A DNA stretch of 64,000 nt. Source: Candidatus Helarchaeota archaeon. GTDB lineage: Archaea; Asgardarchaeota; Lokiarchaeia; Helarchaeales; RDOG01. The stretch is from assembly GCA_019058315.1 (NCBI GenBank), contig JAHPZH010000009.1, positions 32,001-96,000 on the forward strand, read 5' to 3'. The translations under genes were made by a program, and so were the position numbers. A model generated the notes under the pieces. That model did not search any database. It was not told the DNA's origin and saw nothing but the letters and a program-made list of their open reading frames with translations. This document shows positions 1-10,061 of the stretch, one piece after another (the stretch's first letter is position 1; each line of letters starts with the position of its first letter).

Positions 1-512
1 GAAAAAGAGCCGGTGAGGCCTTTGTATTTTCATATTACTTACAACACAACTTAGATGTCCGAATAGTTCGAATATTTAATACCTATGGTCCAAGAATGAG
101 GTCTGGAGATTTATATGGAAGAGTTATTCCTCGATTTATCGAACAAGCTTTGAAAAATCAGCCAATAACAGTTTATGGAGATGGAACACAAACCCGTTCT
201 TTTATATTTGTAAGTGATGAAGTTGAGGCAATTATTCGAGCAGCACTTTTAAATTCTGCTAGAGGAAAGGTAATGAATATTGGAAATGAATTGGAATTTA
301 AAATTATAGATTTAGCAAAAAAAATCAAAAATTTAACTAATTCTAACTCTAAAATAACATTTTACCCACTACCAAAAGATGATCCTCTCAGAAGAAGTCC
401 TGATACAAGTAAAGCTAAAAAATTTCTAAATTGGAAACCAAAGATATCATTAGAAAAAGGTTTAGAGCTTACAATAAAATGGTATAGAAAAAAAATGCAA
501 ATTTACAAATGA
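1..512 (+). CDS. NAD-dependent epimerase/dehydratase, UDP-glucuronate decarboxylase-like (5' part outside window)
   Basis: The frame is open from base 3 (KRAGEAFVFSYY..VRIVRIFNTYGPRM) and continues with GDGTQTRSF and DDPLRRSPD motifs typical of UXS-like extended SDRs. Confidence 0.85.
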   Translation, partial: KRAGEAFVFSYYLQHNLDVRIVRIFNTYGPRMRSGDLYGRVIPRFIEQALKNQPITVYGDGTQTRSFIFVSDEVEAIIRAALLNSARGKVMNIGNELEFKIIDLAKKIKNLTNSNSKITFYPLPKDDPLRRSPDTSKAKKFLNWKPKISLEKGLELTIKWYRKKMQIYK

Positions 513-874
513 AGTATGAATTTTAGAAAATATTAATTAGATTTTTTCTTTTTAAACAAGATTTTTAGAGGCAAAACCTGCTTTTTAAACTATTATATAA
601 GGCTTGCAGTGCAGATCTAAATTTTATGCTAATATAGGAGTTGGAAAACGATATAAATTGATAAATAAGAGCTATATGGATTTTAATGACGAAATAATAT
701 AATAAAATTAGGTGTATTTCTAGCTGTTTGGACTTTAAAATAGTCTTAAATATTAAATTTTGAATCTAGAAGATTTAAACAAAGAAATTTTGATATAGGA
801 GAAATTTTCTAATAGCTAACTAGTACTGATTTAACATAATTTCATTATGTATAATAGAAATATGGGTTCAAAAT

Positions 875-1987
875 TTGGAAGAGAACAAAAAATCAAGTTC
901 ATTTCGAAAAAATTTGTTATATTTAATATTTACTCTAATTACAATTGTTGTAATCTTATTCTATATTTTTATTAATATTCCCGCTGACACTTTTTTTCAA
1001 ATAATAACTAATTTTATTTGGAGCTGGTTTATTTTAACTTTCATAGATCTATTGTTTTGTATGTTACTTAGGGGATTACGATTGAGATTTCTTTTAAAAG
1101 AATTTAATGAAGGAGTAACTTATAGAGATTGTTTATTTTCGATATTTGGAGGTTATTATATTAATACTATATCTCCAGCAAGATTAGGGGACGTTTATAA
1201 CGCATATGTCTTGAACAAATCTAGTAATGTAAATTTAGGACATTCAGTTGGTTCTATTGTAATATCACGAATTATGGATATAGTTATATTAGTAATTTTT
1301 GCTCTTACTACTATATTTTATCATATTTTTTTCGGAAAAAGTATATTTGTAGGATTCACCCCGAGTGTCCTTCAATATCTACAACCGGTATTCATTATAA
1401 TTATTGTTATAACTGTAAGTTTCGTTCTAATTTTAATTTTTAAGAATAAATTTTTAATTTTGTTAAATAAGATATTAGGTCGTTTGCCAATAATTAAGAA
1501 AATGGAAAGAAAAGAAAGTATTGAAAAATTATCTAAAGATAGTATTAATACTATCGAATATTTCTTGAAAAATAAGAAGCTATTTTTGATTATAATTTTA
1601 TTTACATTTGGGATTGTATTTTTAGATACTTTAACAATTTTTTGCATGACACGGGCAATAAATTTTCCATTTACTTCTCTTCGGTTCTTTGCTAATGACT
1701 TATATCACAATATGCCCTTATATTTAACAATAATGACCGGAAGTATGGCTTTATTATCATTATCTTTCGTTGTCTTACCTGGTGGAATTGGACAATATGA
1801 GCTAGTAGGGGCTATTATATTAGAAAATATTGTTGGTTTAGCATTAATTCCTTGGGGTTTTACTGGTTTTACCTTTATGTTTATTGAACATCTTTTAGTT
1901 AGAGCAGCTTTTTTTTCAGTAGGAGGAAATATTTCCCTCTATAAGTTGGGTAAACCAGGAAAAGTATTAGAAGAACTTAACGATTAG
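875..1987 (+). CDS. UPF0104 / LPG-synthase TM-domain (flippase-like) membrane protein
   Basis: Multi-TM protein with LRGLR, NTISPARLGD, SRIMD and PGGIGQYE motifs. Confidence 0.8.
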   Translation: MEENKKSSSFRKNLLYLIFTLITIVVILFYIFINIPADTFFQIITNFIWSWFILTFIDLLFCMLLRGLRLRFLLKEFNEGVTYRDCLFSIFGGYYINTISPARLGDVYNAYVLNKSSNVNLGHSVGSIVISRIMDIVILVIFALTTIFYHIFFGKSIFVGFTPSVLQYLQPVFIIIIVITVSFVLILIFKNKFLILLNKILGRLPIIKKMERKESIEKLSKDSINTIEYFLKNKKLFLIIILFTFGIVFLDTLTIFCMTRAINFPFTSLRFFANDLYHNMPLYLTIMTGSMALLSLSFVVLPGGIGQYELVGAIILENIVGLALIPWGFTGFTFMFIEHLLVRAAFFSVGGNISLYKLGKPGKVLEELND

Positions 1988-2687
1988 ATAAAAATTTTTT
2001 TCCTTTAAATAATTCTTTTAAAAAGAATTTTGTAAATCTAATTCCCATTCTCCATGTTTGAGCTTTTCTAGCCCCTCCAATTCTCTCTAATTCTAATGTA
2101 GGAATTTCTTTTATTCTATATTTTAGTTTAGCAGCTCTAATTGTCATTTGAAATTCTATTTCATGTTCAGTTGCGTCTTGATTTAATTTTATTAATTTCT
2201 CTTTCTTGATTCCTCTAAATCCATTAATAGCATCATGTATTTTTATTTGCCAAAATAATCGTACAAGTGTCGTAAAAAATAAATTTCCCATCTTACGAAC
2301 TCTAACAGGGTCATCACTATCATCACTTTGAGCTGTTTTCATAAAACGAGAAGCAATTACGAGATCATAACCTTTTTCTAATTCCTGCTTTATTTTTAAA
2401 ATATCGTACGGATTTTCATTTCCATCAGGGCTGAAGAAAATTATGTTTTCTTGAGTAGCATGTTTAGCACCTATCAAAAAAGCTACACCCCTACCTCGAT
2501 GTTTTTGAATCAAGAGTCTTAACTTCTTATTAATTTTCATTTTCTCCCTATAAAACTTAATTGTACCATCAGTTGACCCTCCATCAATAGCAAGAACTTC
2601 ATCTACAATATCAAATGGAATTTTTTCATACATTTTAGTTATAGTTTCTATTTCGTTCAATGTTAGAATGACTAGCGTAGTTCCGAT
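1977..2687 (-). CDS. GT2 glycosyltransferase, polyprenol-P-glycosyltransferase (DPM1-like), no TM anchor
   Basis: Motifs IDGGSTDGT, FSPDG, ASRF, DAINGFRG and ERIGG. The first beta-strand (TTLVILTLNE) lies upstream of the track's TTG at 2660, so I place the start at ATC 2687, 9 nt after GGAG. Confidence 0.85.
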   Translation of the reverse strand: MGTTLVILTLNEIETITKMYEKIPFDIVDEVLAIDGGSTDGTIKFYREKMKINKKLRLLIQKHRGRGVAFLIGAKHATQENIIFFSPDGNENPYDILKIKQELEKGYDLVIASRFMKTAQSDDSDDPVRVRKMGNLFFTTLVRLFWQIKIHDAINGFRGIKKEKLIKLNQDATEHEIEFQMTIRAAKLKYRIKEIPTLELERIGGARKAQTWRMGIRFTKFFLKELFKGKKFLSNR

Positions 2688-2813
2688 AGGGATAAACTCC
2701 TTTTATATTTCCTTAAATTTTTTCTTTATACTATTTCTTCAATAAATTTCTCAAATTTTATTATAATTAGCATTAAAAATTCTTTTCTTTGGAAATTGTA
2801 AATATCTCGCTAA

Positions 2814-4199
2814 TTAAGTTTTTTCTTTTATCCAATCAAAATTTCTATTAATTAGTATAAATAGAACTATTCCAATTAATATACAAAAAATTGGTGTTAT
2901 TGGTATTAAGAACCTAATAGCTACTGTTTCAAGTTGCGTAAAACCTTGAAAGCTATAAAAAAATACAAATAAGAGAAGCCATGAAATAAGAAAAGGGAGA
3001 ATTCTCTCTCTTCTATATATTAAGAAAATTATTCCAACGATACTTATTATAATTTCTATAAAAAATCCACTCATTATTGCCAACAATGAATTCAAAACAT
3101 ATGTTATTGAAAAATATCCATTAGGTGTTAATATGGCATAGTCTAAGCCGGATCCCTTAAATTCAGGTATTAACCACTGAAATCGATAAAAGTGTTCGTA
3201 ATACCAAGTATAACCGAAAGTAAGAAAGCTACCGAAATGAACCATATTATATAGGAGCTGAAATGATATTAAAATTGCGATTATAAGAATAGAAATTAAA
3301 TATTTTTTCTTTTCTTTAATAATCTCATAAATACTCTTAAAAAATGAAGTTATAAGGTTGTTTTCCTGTCGAAAATTATTGAAAGTAGTAATATAATTTT
3401 CTGATAATATATAAATAATAAAGCTTATTAAAATCAATACATTTGAAATCCTGATTAATATTGCGAAACCTGAAAATATTGCAAATAGAATATAGTTAAA
3501 ATATGTAGTAATCTTGTCATTATTATCTTTTTTTTCGATTTTTAAAAAGAAATAAGTTGAAAATAATATAAAAGCTAAAGAAGTAAAATCAGATAATTCA
3601 AGAAAGCCGATATTATAAATAAATTTTGGAAAAGAAAAAATAAAAATAAATGGATAAAAACAAAATATAAGAGCACTATAAAGAGCAATTTCTTCATTTT
3701 CAAATAGATAATTCACGATTTTATAAAGTGAAAGAGTAGCTAAAGACCCCAAAATTAAACCATTGAATATTGCCCAAGGTATTAATATAGATTGGGCAAC
3801 AGGGATGAGAGGAATTAAGAAACCGACTAAGTATGCAATGGCAAAATTGGAATTGTAATCTAATACATTTAGATAAATGATAAATTTCATTGGTTCGTAT
3901 AGAGGTCCAGCAAAGTCGGGTTTAAAGATATAAAAAAAAGGAGCCATAATTAATGGTTGCCCTAATGTCTTTTGACTTGAAGGAAAGTAACCATTTGAAA
4001 TAGGAACCCCGAATTCGACAAAATATAAATGATCAGCAAATGCACATGTGCCCTGTAAAAAATACTGATAATCCACTATAAAATAAATCAATAAAATTAT
4101 TGCTTTAATGAACACAAGAAAAATTAGGAAATTCCATTTGTCTTTTAAAATCTCTTTAATTCTATCAAAATTAATATTAATCATATCTTTATCACTCAT
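2814..4199 (-). CDS. GT-C-fold (PMT/ArnT-like) polytopic glycosyltransferase
   Basis: About 11 TM segments, an acidic ADH motif in the first external loop, plus LSD, ILIR, YNMVHFGSFLTFGY and RFLIPITP motifs. Confidence 0.65.
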   Translation of the reverse strand: MSDKDMININFDRIKEILKDKWNFLIFLVFIKAIILLIYFIVDYQYFLQGTCAFADHLYFVEFGVPISNGYFPSSQKTLGQPLIMAPFFYIFKPDFAGPLYEPMKFIIYLNVLDYNSNFAIAYLVGFLIPLIPVAQSILIPWAIFNGLILGSLATLSLYKIVNYLFENEEIALYSALIFCFYPFIFIFSFPKFIYNIGFLELSDFTSLAFILFSTYFFLKIEKKDNNDKITTYFNYILFAIFSGFAILIRISNVLILISFIIYILSENYITTFNNFRQENNLITSFFKSIYEIIKEKKKYLISILIIAILISFQLLYNMVHFGSFLTFGYTWYYEHFYRFQWLIPEFKGSGLDYAILTPNGYFSITYVLNSLLAIMSGFFIEIIISIVGIIFLIYRRERILPFLISWLLLFVFFYSFQGFTQLETVAIRFLIPITPIFCILIGIVLFILINRNFDWIKEKT

Positions 4200-4277
4200 G
4201 AGCTAATTAACGAACAAATTACTATGATTCTAATAAAAATATTTGGAGTAATATTTTTTTTAATGTAGATTAAGATT

Positions 4278-5504
4278 TTATTTAAAAATTTTTAAAACTG
4301 ATTCAGTGAAATTCTGAATTGAGAATTTTTTACTCTTTTCATAAGCTTTTTCAGCAATTTCTTCTCTTTTCATGTTATTTTCTGCTAATTCTCTAGTGAT
4401 TTCAATTAATTCTTTTAAATTGTTTATAAGAAACCCCTCTTTTCCATTTTCAATAACTTCAACTTGGCCTCCCCCGTTAAATACTATAGGAACACAATAA
4501 TTCTGCATTGCTTCAATATTAGTAATGCCAAAATGTTCATATAACCAAGCGTGTGCCTCATCTTCCTTAAAATACAACCCTCTTAAATTCCAATAGATTT
4601 TCGCTTTTGAATAATATTCTTCCAATTCGGTGAATTTCGCATTTTCATGAAAAATAATGGGATAACCTTTTGCTAATGATTTAATATAGTTCAAATAAGC
4701 ATCCTGATTCGCTTCTTCTACAGTACCACCAATTAAATGTAGTTGCCAGTCTTTCAAACCAGTATCATACAATTTTTTGAATGCTCTAATTGCATCATGT
4801 TGTCGTTTAATTCCATATGGGTCAAATCGCCCAACGTAAATGATAAAATTTTCTTTTTTCTCCTTTTTTTGAAAAAAATCAACTGGAGGATAAAGAACTC
4901 CTCTAGGTTTTACATTCCATAGATTTTTTGTCCATTTCTCCGTAAATCTTGAATTGCAAAAAATTTCATACCTATTGAAGAATCCTGTGGGGGGATTTAG
5001 CAAATACAATAAAAAAGTATAGGTTTTAATATATATACTATTGTAATATGTGAAAATATTCCAAGTGAAATTTGTTGGAAAATGACATAACATTATATTT
5101 CTCTTAGCATGTGGATAAATACCTCTTGTCATATTTGAATTAATAAAAATATCGAAATATCTACTATATTCGCTGATTGTATTTAAATATCCTTTATAAA
5201 AGATCAAATTCAAAACAATATCCTTTATAATTGTAGATATTGTGCCTTTATTTCCCATTCTATTTATAAAATTTAAGATATTGTTGAAAATTTTATTTTT
5301 TCCAAAAAAATCCTCTTTTAATATTCTAAATTTCACTCTATCGAGTTTAACCTTGTAGAAATTTTCTAAAAATTCTCGCTTTACCTTTTTTATACTAACT
5401 ATTGTAATTTTATGCTTATTTTGTAGAGTTTGAGCAATGTACGTTGAAAATTTTCCTACACCGCCTAAAAAATGAAGAGAATCATCAAAAATTAAGATTT
5501 TCAT
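4278..5504 (-). CDS. GT4 glycosyltransferase (ALG11-like EHFG motif)
   Basis: Begins MKILIF; motifs GGVGK, NSRFT, VLYPPV, VGRF, KRQ and YEHFGITNIEAM. ATG at 5504 preferred over GTG 5513. Confidence 0.85.
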   Translation of the reverse strand: MKILIFDDSLHFLGGVGKFSTYIAQTLQNKHKITIVSIKKVKREFLENFYKVKLDRVKFRILKEDFFGKNKIFNNILNFINRMGNKGTISTIIKDIVLNLIFYKGYLNTISEYSRYFDIFINSNMTRGIYPHAKRNIMLCHFPTNFTWNIFTYYNSIYIKTYTFLLYLLNPPTGFFNRYEIFCNSRFTEKWTKNLWNVKPRGVLYPPVDFFQKKEKKENFIIYVGRFDPYGIKRQHDAIRAFKKLYDTGLKDWQLHLIGGTVEEANQDAYLNYIKSLAKGYPIIFHENAKFTELEEYYSKAKIYWNLRGLYFKEDEAHAWLYEHFGITNIEAMQNYCVPIVFNGGGQVEVIENGKEGFLINNLKELIEITRELAENNMKREEIAEKAYEKSKKFSIQNFTESVLKIFK

Positions 5505-5553
5505 GAAAAACACTTGATTGTTAATAAATAAAAATTAGTTAAAAATGAATCAA

Positions 5554-6735
5554 TTAAATCAATAAATATGGATTAAATTCAAATTTATTTATTGAATTTA
5601 AATAATAAATATATAAAGCTTGAATTGTAAACATTGTTGCAGCAGAATTTACATGCATTTTTTTCACTCCATTATCATTACAACCGAATATTATTCCATA
5701 ATTCGCCTTTGGATCTTCATCTTTACATTGATAACTTAATAAATGATGAATCGCTTTTTCTAAATTACCAACCTCAAATTTAATATTTTCTATATATGAT
5801 AACAATAACCACATTCGTATTACTTGAGCAACAACATCTGATCTTTCATCTGGTAAGAATTTTTTATCTACGTACCAAGCAGGAAATCCCCCATTTTCAA
5901 ATTGGTTTCTTAATATCCATTCAACTGCTCTTTTAGCACTTTTAATATATTCCTTATTTTTTAAAATAAGACCAACACAAAATAGCCCTTCTGCTGCATA
6001 AATATGCGGATGAGTATGTGTATCACCTTTTTTCAGAAAATTGATAAATCGACCATCTTCCTTTTGTAGGGTTAATGCCCAATCACATACTTCAATCGCA
6101 CTTTTTTTAAAACTATCCATTTGCGTCACTGTATAAAGATTTAATAATCCAATAGCATTCTTAGTATGGAAAGGCTCGGATTGAGTGGACCATTTTCCAT
6201 ATCCGTCAATATAAATTTTATTATCTGCGTCATAAACTGCAAAAAAAGAACCATCCTCCTTCTGCATATCGTTAATTAACCAGTTACCAACTTTCTTAGC
6301 CATATCAAGATATTTTTTGTTTTTTGTTTGCTTATATAAATTAACAAAACCATTCAAACACATTGCATTGTCGAATGAAAATAGCCAAGGTCGAAAGGAT
6401 TCCCTGTGATACAAATAACGGTCATTAAAAATCCCATCTCGACTAATTTGTGCAAAATTTATTAAGTAGTCTCCTGCTTTGATAGCACGGTCAATCAAAG
6501 AAGGATCCGGTGTAATATGATTTAAATAAAGCAGTGTGGTTATACCATATCCAGTTATTTCAGAATAAGCAAAAGGATAGTTTTTCTTACTTAAATCATA
6601 CCAACATTGGAATGATCCCAGTATACAATCTTGCTCCTTTTCTATACATTGAATTCCAGAATTTAATAACCAGGATTTAATGGATTGAATTTTATTTAAT
6701 ATAAAATCTTTATCTAACTTACCAGGGATAACCAT
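5554..6735 (-). CDS. (alpha/alpha)6-barrel protein (prenyltransferase/squalene-cyclase-repeat or AGE-epimerase-like), function unknown
   Basis: Repeated W-L-x-x-x-Q-x-x-D/N-G units (WLINDMQKEDGSF, WALTLQKEDGRF, WILRNQFENGGF) and YSEITGYG. Likely start is ATG 6735 after GAGG. Confidence 0.6.
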   Translation of the reverse strand: MVIPGKLDKDFILNKIQSIKSWLLNSGIQCIEKEQDCILGSFQCWYDLSKKNYPFAYSEITGYGITTLLYLNHITPDPSLIDRAIKAGDYLINFAQISRDGIFNDRYLYHRESFRPWLFSFDNAMCLNGFVNLYKQTKNKKYLDMAKKVGNWLINDMQKEDGSFFAVYDADNKIYIDGYGKWSTQSEPFHTKNAIGLLNLYTVTQMDSFKKSAIEVCDWALTLQKEDGRFINFLKKGDTHTHPHIYAAEGLFCVGLILKNKEYIKSAKRAVEWILRNQFENGGFPAWYVDKKFLPDERSDVVAQVIRMWLLLSYIENIKFEVGNLEKAIHHLLSYQCKDEDPKANYGIIFGCNDNGVKKMHVNSAATMFTIQALYIYYLNSINKFEFNPYLLI

Positions 6736-7546
6736 AACGTCTTCCTCTTTCTTTATCCATAGTTTCTTGCCATGGATAAGGGTGGTCAATAATACCTAAT
6801 GGACATTTGATATCTCTTATATTTCTAACAACCTTTGCGGGATTTCCCATAACAATAGTTTCGGGTGGTACATCACGGGTTACTAGAGAGAGAGCTCCAA
6901 TTATAGCACTTTGTCCAATTGTGATTCTGGGAAGAAGAACTCCTATGCTTCCGACTATTACATAATCTTCGATAATAGGACCTTTTATACATTTACCACA
7001 TGGTGGATGTAAATCTGTCGCTGCTCCAGAGTATGGAAACCACCAAGTAAAATTTTTTACAACAGTTGTATCTCCCAAGTGGTTAAGATTAATAAATCTA
7101 TTATGATCTCCGATTGTTATAGGTCCCCAAAATTCAGAATGGTTTCCAATATAATTGTTGTAACCAATATTACATCCTTGTCTCAGCATTACCCAAGAAC
7201 CCGTCTCAAATTTATCCCCTATTTCACAATCTGCATAAATTATAGTATAAGAACGAATATTTGCATTTTCTCCAATTTTTAAAACGGGATTGTCATATCC
7301 TTCAGGGTCTTGTAAATATCCGAGTCGATCCTTTTTTGTCTCATCCTTATGAAAATATTCAATGTACTGTCCTAAGGTAACAAAATCTGCTATTACAGAA
7401 TTCGAACCGAGATGAACATTTGATTTTATTATAGAATTATAACCGATTCGGCAATTATCTCCAATAACAGCACCGTCTTCAATAATTACACCCGGTTTTG
7501 TTTTAACATTTTTACCTATTTCTGCATCTTTACTTATTAGATTCAT
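6719..7546 (-). CDS. Hexapeptide-repeat (LbH) acyltransferase, paralog 1
   Basis: [LIV]G-x4 repeats and C-terminal VTRDVPPETIVMGNPAK. Confidence 0.85.
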   Translation of the reverse strand: MNLISKDAEIGKNVKTKPGVIIEDGAVIGDNCRIGYNSIIKSNVHLGSNSVIADFVTLGQYIEYFHKDETKKDRLGYLQDPEGYDNPVLKIGENANIRSYTIIYADCEIGDKFETGSWVMLRQGCNIGYNNYIGNHSEFWGPITIGDHNRFINLNHLGDTTVVKNFTWWFPYSGAATDLHPPCGKCIKGPIIEDYVIVGSIGVLLPRITIGQSAIIGALSLVTRDVPPETIVMGNPAKVVRNIRDIKCPLGIIDHPYPWQETMDKERGRRYGYPW

Positions 7547-7601
7547 ATTAAATCATCATATTTTAATTGTATAAAATAGATGTAAGTTAAAGTCTGTGAG
7601 A

Positions 7602-7619
7602 TTGAATAAAAATATTGCT
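7602..7619 (-). promoter_or_regulatory. Putative BRE/TATA promoter shared by the two LbH paralogs
   Basis: TTGAATAAAAATATTGCT is identical at 7602-7619 and 8572-8589, each 56 nt from its start codon. Confidence 0.55.
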
Positions 7620-7688
7620 CATATATCTTATAAGCGTAAAATATCTATAATAAATATAATTTAAATGAGCTTTTTTAATTTATTTGGA

Positions 7689-8516
7689 TTAATCGGGGTA
7701 ACCATATCTTTTTCTTCTATTCTTATCCATTTTTTCATACCATGGATATGGGTGGTCAATAATACCTAATGGACAAGTGATATCCTTAACATTCTTAACC
7801 ACTTTAGCTGGATTACCTACAACAATAGTTTCTGGGGGAACGTCTTCTGTTACTAAGGAACATGCTGCTACAATAGCATTTTTTCCCACCTTTAGTCTTG
7901 GAAGAACTAAAGAAAAACTTCCAATAATTGCATAATCCTCAATTATTGGTCCTTGTAAGCATTTTCCACAAGGTGGATGAAGGTCCGTAGCAAGTGTGGC
8001 ATAAGGGAGAAACCAGCAACAATTTCCAATATCACTTGTATCTCCAATATGGGCACATGCGATAAACCTATTATGATCTCCGGTTTTTAAAGGACCCCAA
8101 AATTCACAATGGTTTCCCAAATAATTATTATTACCAATTTTGCACCCATTTCTAATAACTGTCCAGCTACCCGTTTCTAGTTTATCTCCAATTTCGCAAC
8201 CCGCATAAATTAGAGTATTGGCACGAATTTTTGCTTTTGTTCCAATCTTCAAAATAGGATTTTTGTATGTTTTTGAATTTTTATAATATCCAGTTTTTGT
8301 CTCATCTTCTCCATTTATAAAATAAGTTCCGATATATTCACCTAAAATTACATTTGCGCCAATATATGAGTTAGAACTTAAGTGAACATTTTTCCTTATA
8401 ATTGTATTATGACCAATCTCTACATTATCCCCAATAATTACACCATCTTCAATAATTACATTGTGCCCCATATATACGTTTTTTCCAATTTCTGCGTCTT
8501 TACTAATAAGATCCAT
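7689..8516 (-). CDS. Hexapeptide-repeat (LbH) acyltransferase, paralog 2
   Basis: Same length (275 aa) and colinear with 6719-7546; VTEDVPPETIVVGNPAK. Confidence 0.85.
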   Translation of the reverse strand: MDLISKDAEIGKNVYMGHNVIIEDGVIIGDNVEIGHNTIIRKNVHLSSNSYIGANVILGEYIGTYFINGEDETKTGYYKNSKTYKNPILKIGTKAKIRANTLIYAGCEIGDKLETGSWTVIRNGCKIGNNNYLGNHCEFWGPLKTGDHNRFIACAHIGDTSDIGNCCWFLPYATLATDLHPPCGKCLQGPIIEDYAIIGSFSLVLPRLKVGKNAIVAACSLVTEDVPPETIVVGNPAKVVKNVKDITCPLGIIDHPYPWYEKMDKNRRKRYGYPD

Positions 8517-8571
8517 ATAATACCTTCATTTTTTTGTTATTTTAAATAATATAAAGTTAAAAATTTAAATG

Positions 8572-8589
8572 TTGAATAAAAATATTGCT
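8572..8589 (-). promoter_or_regulatory. Putative BRE/TATA promoter, second copy
   Basis: Identical to the 18-mer at 7602-7619, at the same offset from the start codon. Confidence 0.55.
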
Positions 8590-8696
8590 TAATATTAAAT
8601 GATTTGAGTAATATAACTCTATTTAAAAAATTCACAAAAAATATTTTAAAATAGATGAATATTGATTGTGTATTAAAAAATCGTGGTGCAATAAAA

Positions 8697-9668
8697 ATGG
8701 ATAAGGATTTTTGGACTGGAAAAAGAGTATTAGTAACTGGCGCAGACGGTTTTATGGGCTCTCATCTTACTGAAAGACTCCTAAAATTAGGGGCTGAAGT
8801 TTCAATTTTTGTTAGAGGAAATTCAATAACAGGGACTACTCAATATGCAGTAAGGAATATAGATCACATAAAAGATAAATTAAAATCTATAATTACTGGT
8901 AATATTGCTGCAAATGATTCAATATTTTTAATGATGAAATCAGAACCTCAACATATTTTCCATTTAGCTGCTGATGCATATGTCCCAAATTCATTCGATC
9001 ACCCTATAGAAGTGATGGAAACAAATCTTATTGGAACCTTAAATGTGCTTCATACTGTTATGAATCTAAAAGAAATTGAACAATGTGTTTGTACATCTTC
9101 AAGTGAAATTTATGGAACTGCTCAATATGCTCCAATTGATGAAAAACATCCTTTAAATGGAACATCACCATACGCCGCATCAAAAATTGCTGCAGATAGG
9201 TATTGCTATGCATATTGGAACACATATGGACTTCCAATTGCTACAATTAGACCATTTAATACTTTTGGGCCACGTCATACTTATGATGTAATTCCAAAAT
9301 TCATTAATTTAGCATTAGAAGGGAAAAATATTACAGTTTATGGCAGTGGGGAACAATCTAGGGATTTTACATACGTCTCTGATATGATAGAAGCTTTTTT
9401 AGTAATGGGAGGAAATAAAAAAGCAATTGGTAAAGCCATAAATTTTGGGACGGGAAAAGATTACTCTATTAATTATATTGCAGAAAAAATTGTTGAATAT
9501 AGTAATACAAAATCGAAGATTGTTCATATTGAAAAAAGATTAGCAGAAGTTCAAAGATTAATATGTGATTATTCAAAAGCAAAAGAGCTGTTTGGTTGGG
9601 AGCCGAAAGTTTCAATTGATGAAGGCTTGAAGAAAAATATTGAATGGGAAGTTAATCGCAGGAAATAA
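8697..9668 (+). CDS. NDP-sugar 4,6-dehydratase (LegB/GDP-mannose dehydratase-like extended SDR)
   Basis: Motifs GADGFMG, TSSSEIYG, SPYAASK and RPFNTFGPR. ATG 8697 follows GGTG. Confidence 0.85.
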   Translation: MDKDFWTGKRVLVTGADGFMGSHLTERLLKLGAEVSIFVRGNSITGTTQYAVRNIDHIKDKLKSIITGNIAANDSIFLMMKSEPQHIFHLAADAYVPNSFDHPIEVMETNLIGTLNVLHTVMNLKEIEQCVCTSSSEIYGTAQYAPIDEKHPLNGTSPYAASKIAADRYCYAYWNTYGLPIATIRPFNTFGPRHTYDVIPKFINLALEGKNITVYGSGEQSRDFTYVSDMIEAFLVMGGNKKAIGKAINFGTGKDYSINYIAEKIVEYSNTKSKIVHIEKRLAEVQRLICDYSKAKELFGWEPKVSIDEGLKKNIEWEVNRRK

Positions 9669-9671
9669 TAA

Positions 9672-10061
9672 TCAAAAAAGTTGTTTTATTTCATCTTTTA
9701 GAAAAATCCAAACAATAATAAGTCCGATTAAAAACATAGTCCAGAACATCGAAATTAGTAAAGTGTATTTCCATCCCCAATCTTTTAAGTGATAAATAGA
9801 ATAAACTGCTGGTAGAGTTAAAATTCCTGCAACCAAAAAAAGAGGACCAAAAATATAATTTACTGTTACAATGATTAAATCAACAGGGACTGTAACATCA
9901 CCTATAAAAATTCCACTAGGAAAAAACATTTTCATAATTAAATTATCATCTATATTCGTAGTCCAAGCTATAATTACAATTCCTATTAATCCAATAGCAC
10001 CTAATAAATAAATTATCATAATTAAATTCAGTTCAAGTGATCGCTCTGGCATTTTTAACAT
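9672..10061 (-). CDS. Small hypothetical membrane protein (~3 TM)
   Basis: 129-aa hydrophobic ORF with a WGW motif. Confidence 0.6.
   Translation of the reverse strand: MLKMPERSLELNLIMIIYLLGAIGLIGIVIIAWTTNIDDNLIMKMFFPSGIFIGDVTVPVDLIIVTVNYIFGPLFLVAGILTLPAVYSIYHLKDWGWKYTLLISMFWTMFLIGLIIVWIFLKDEIKQLF

Noticed and set aside
5554-6789. Squalene-hopene cyclase call, and the 6789 start
   Set aside because: The protein is too short and has no DxDD motif. The first 18 codons overlap the upstream gene, and the SD-supported ATG is at 6735.
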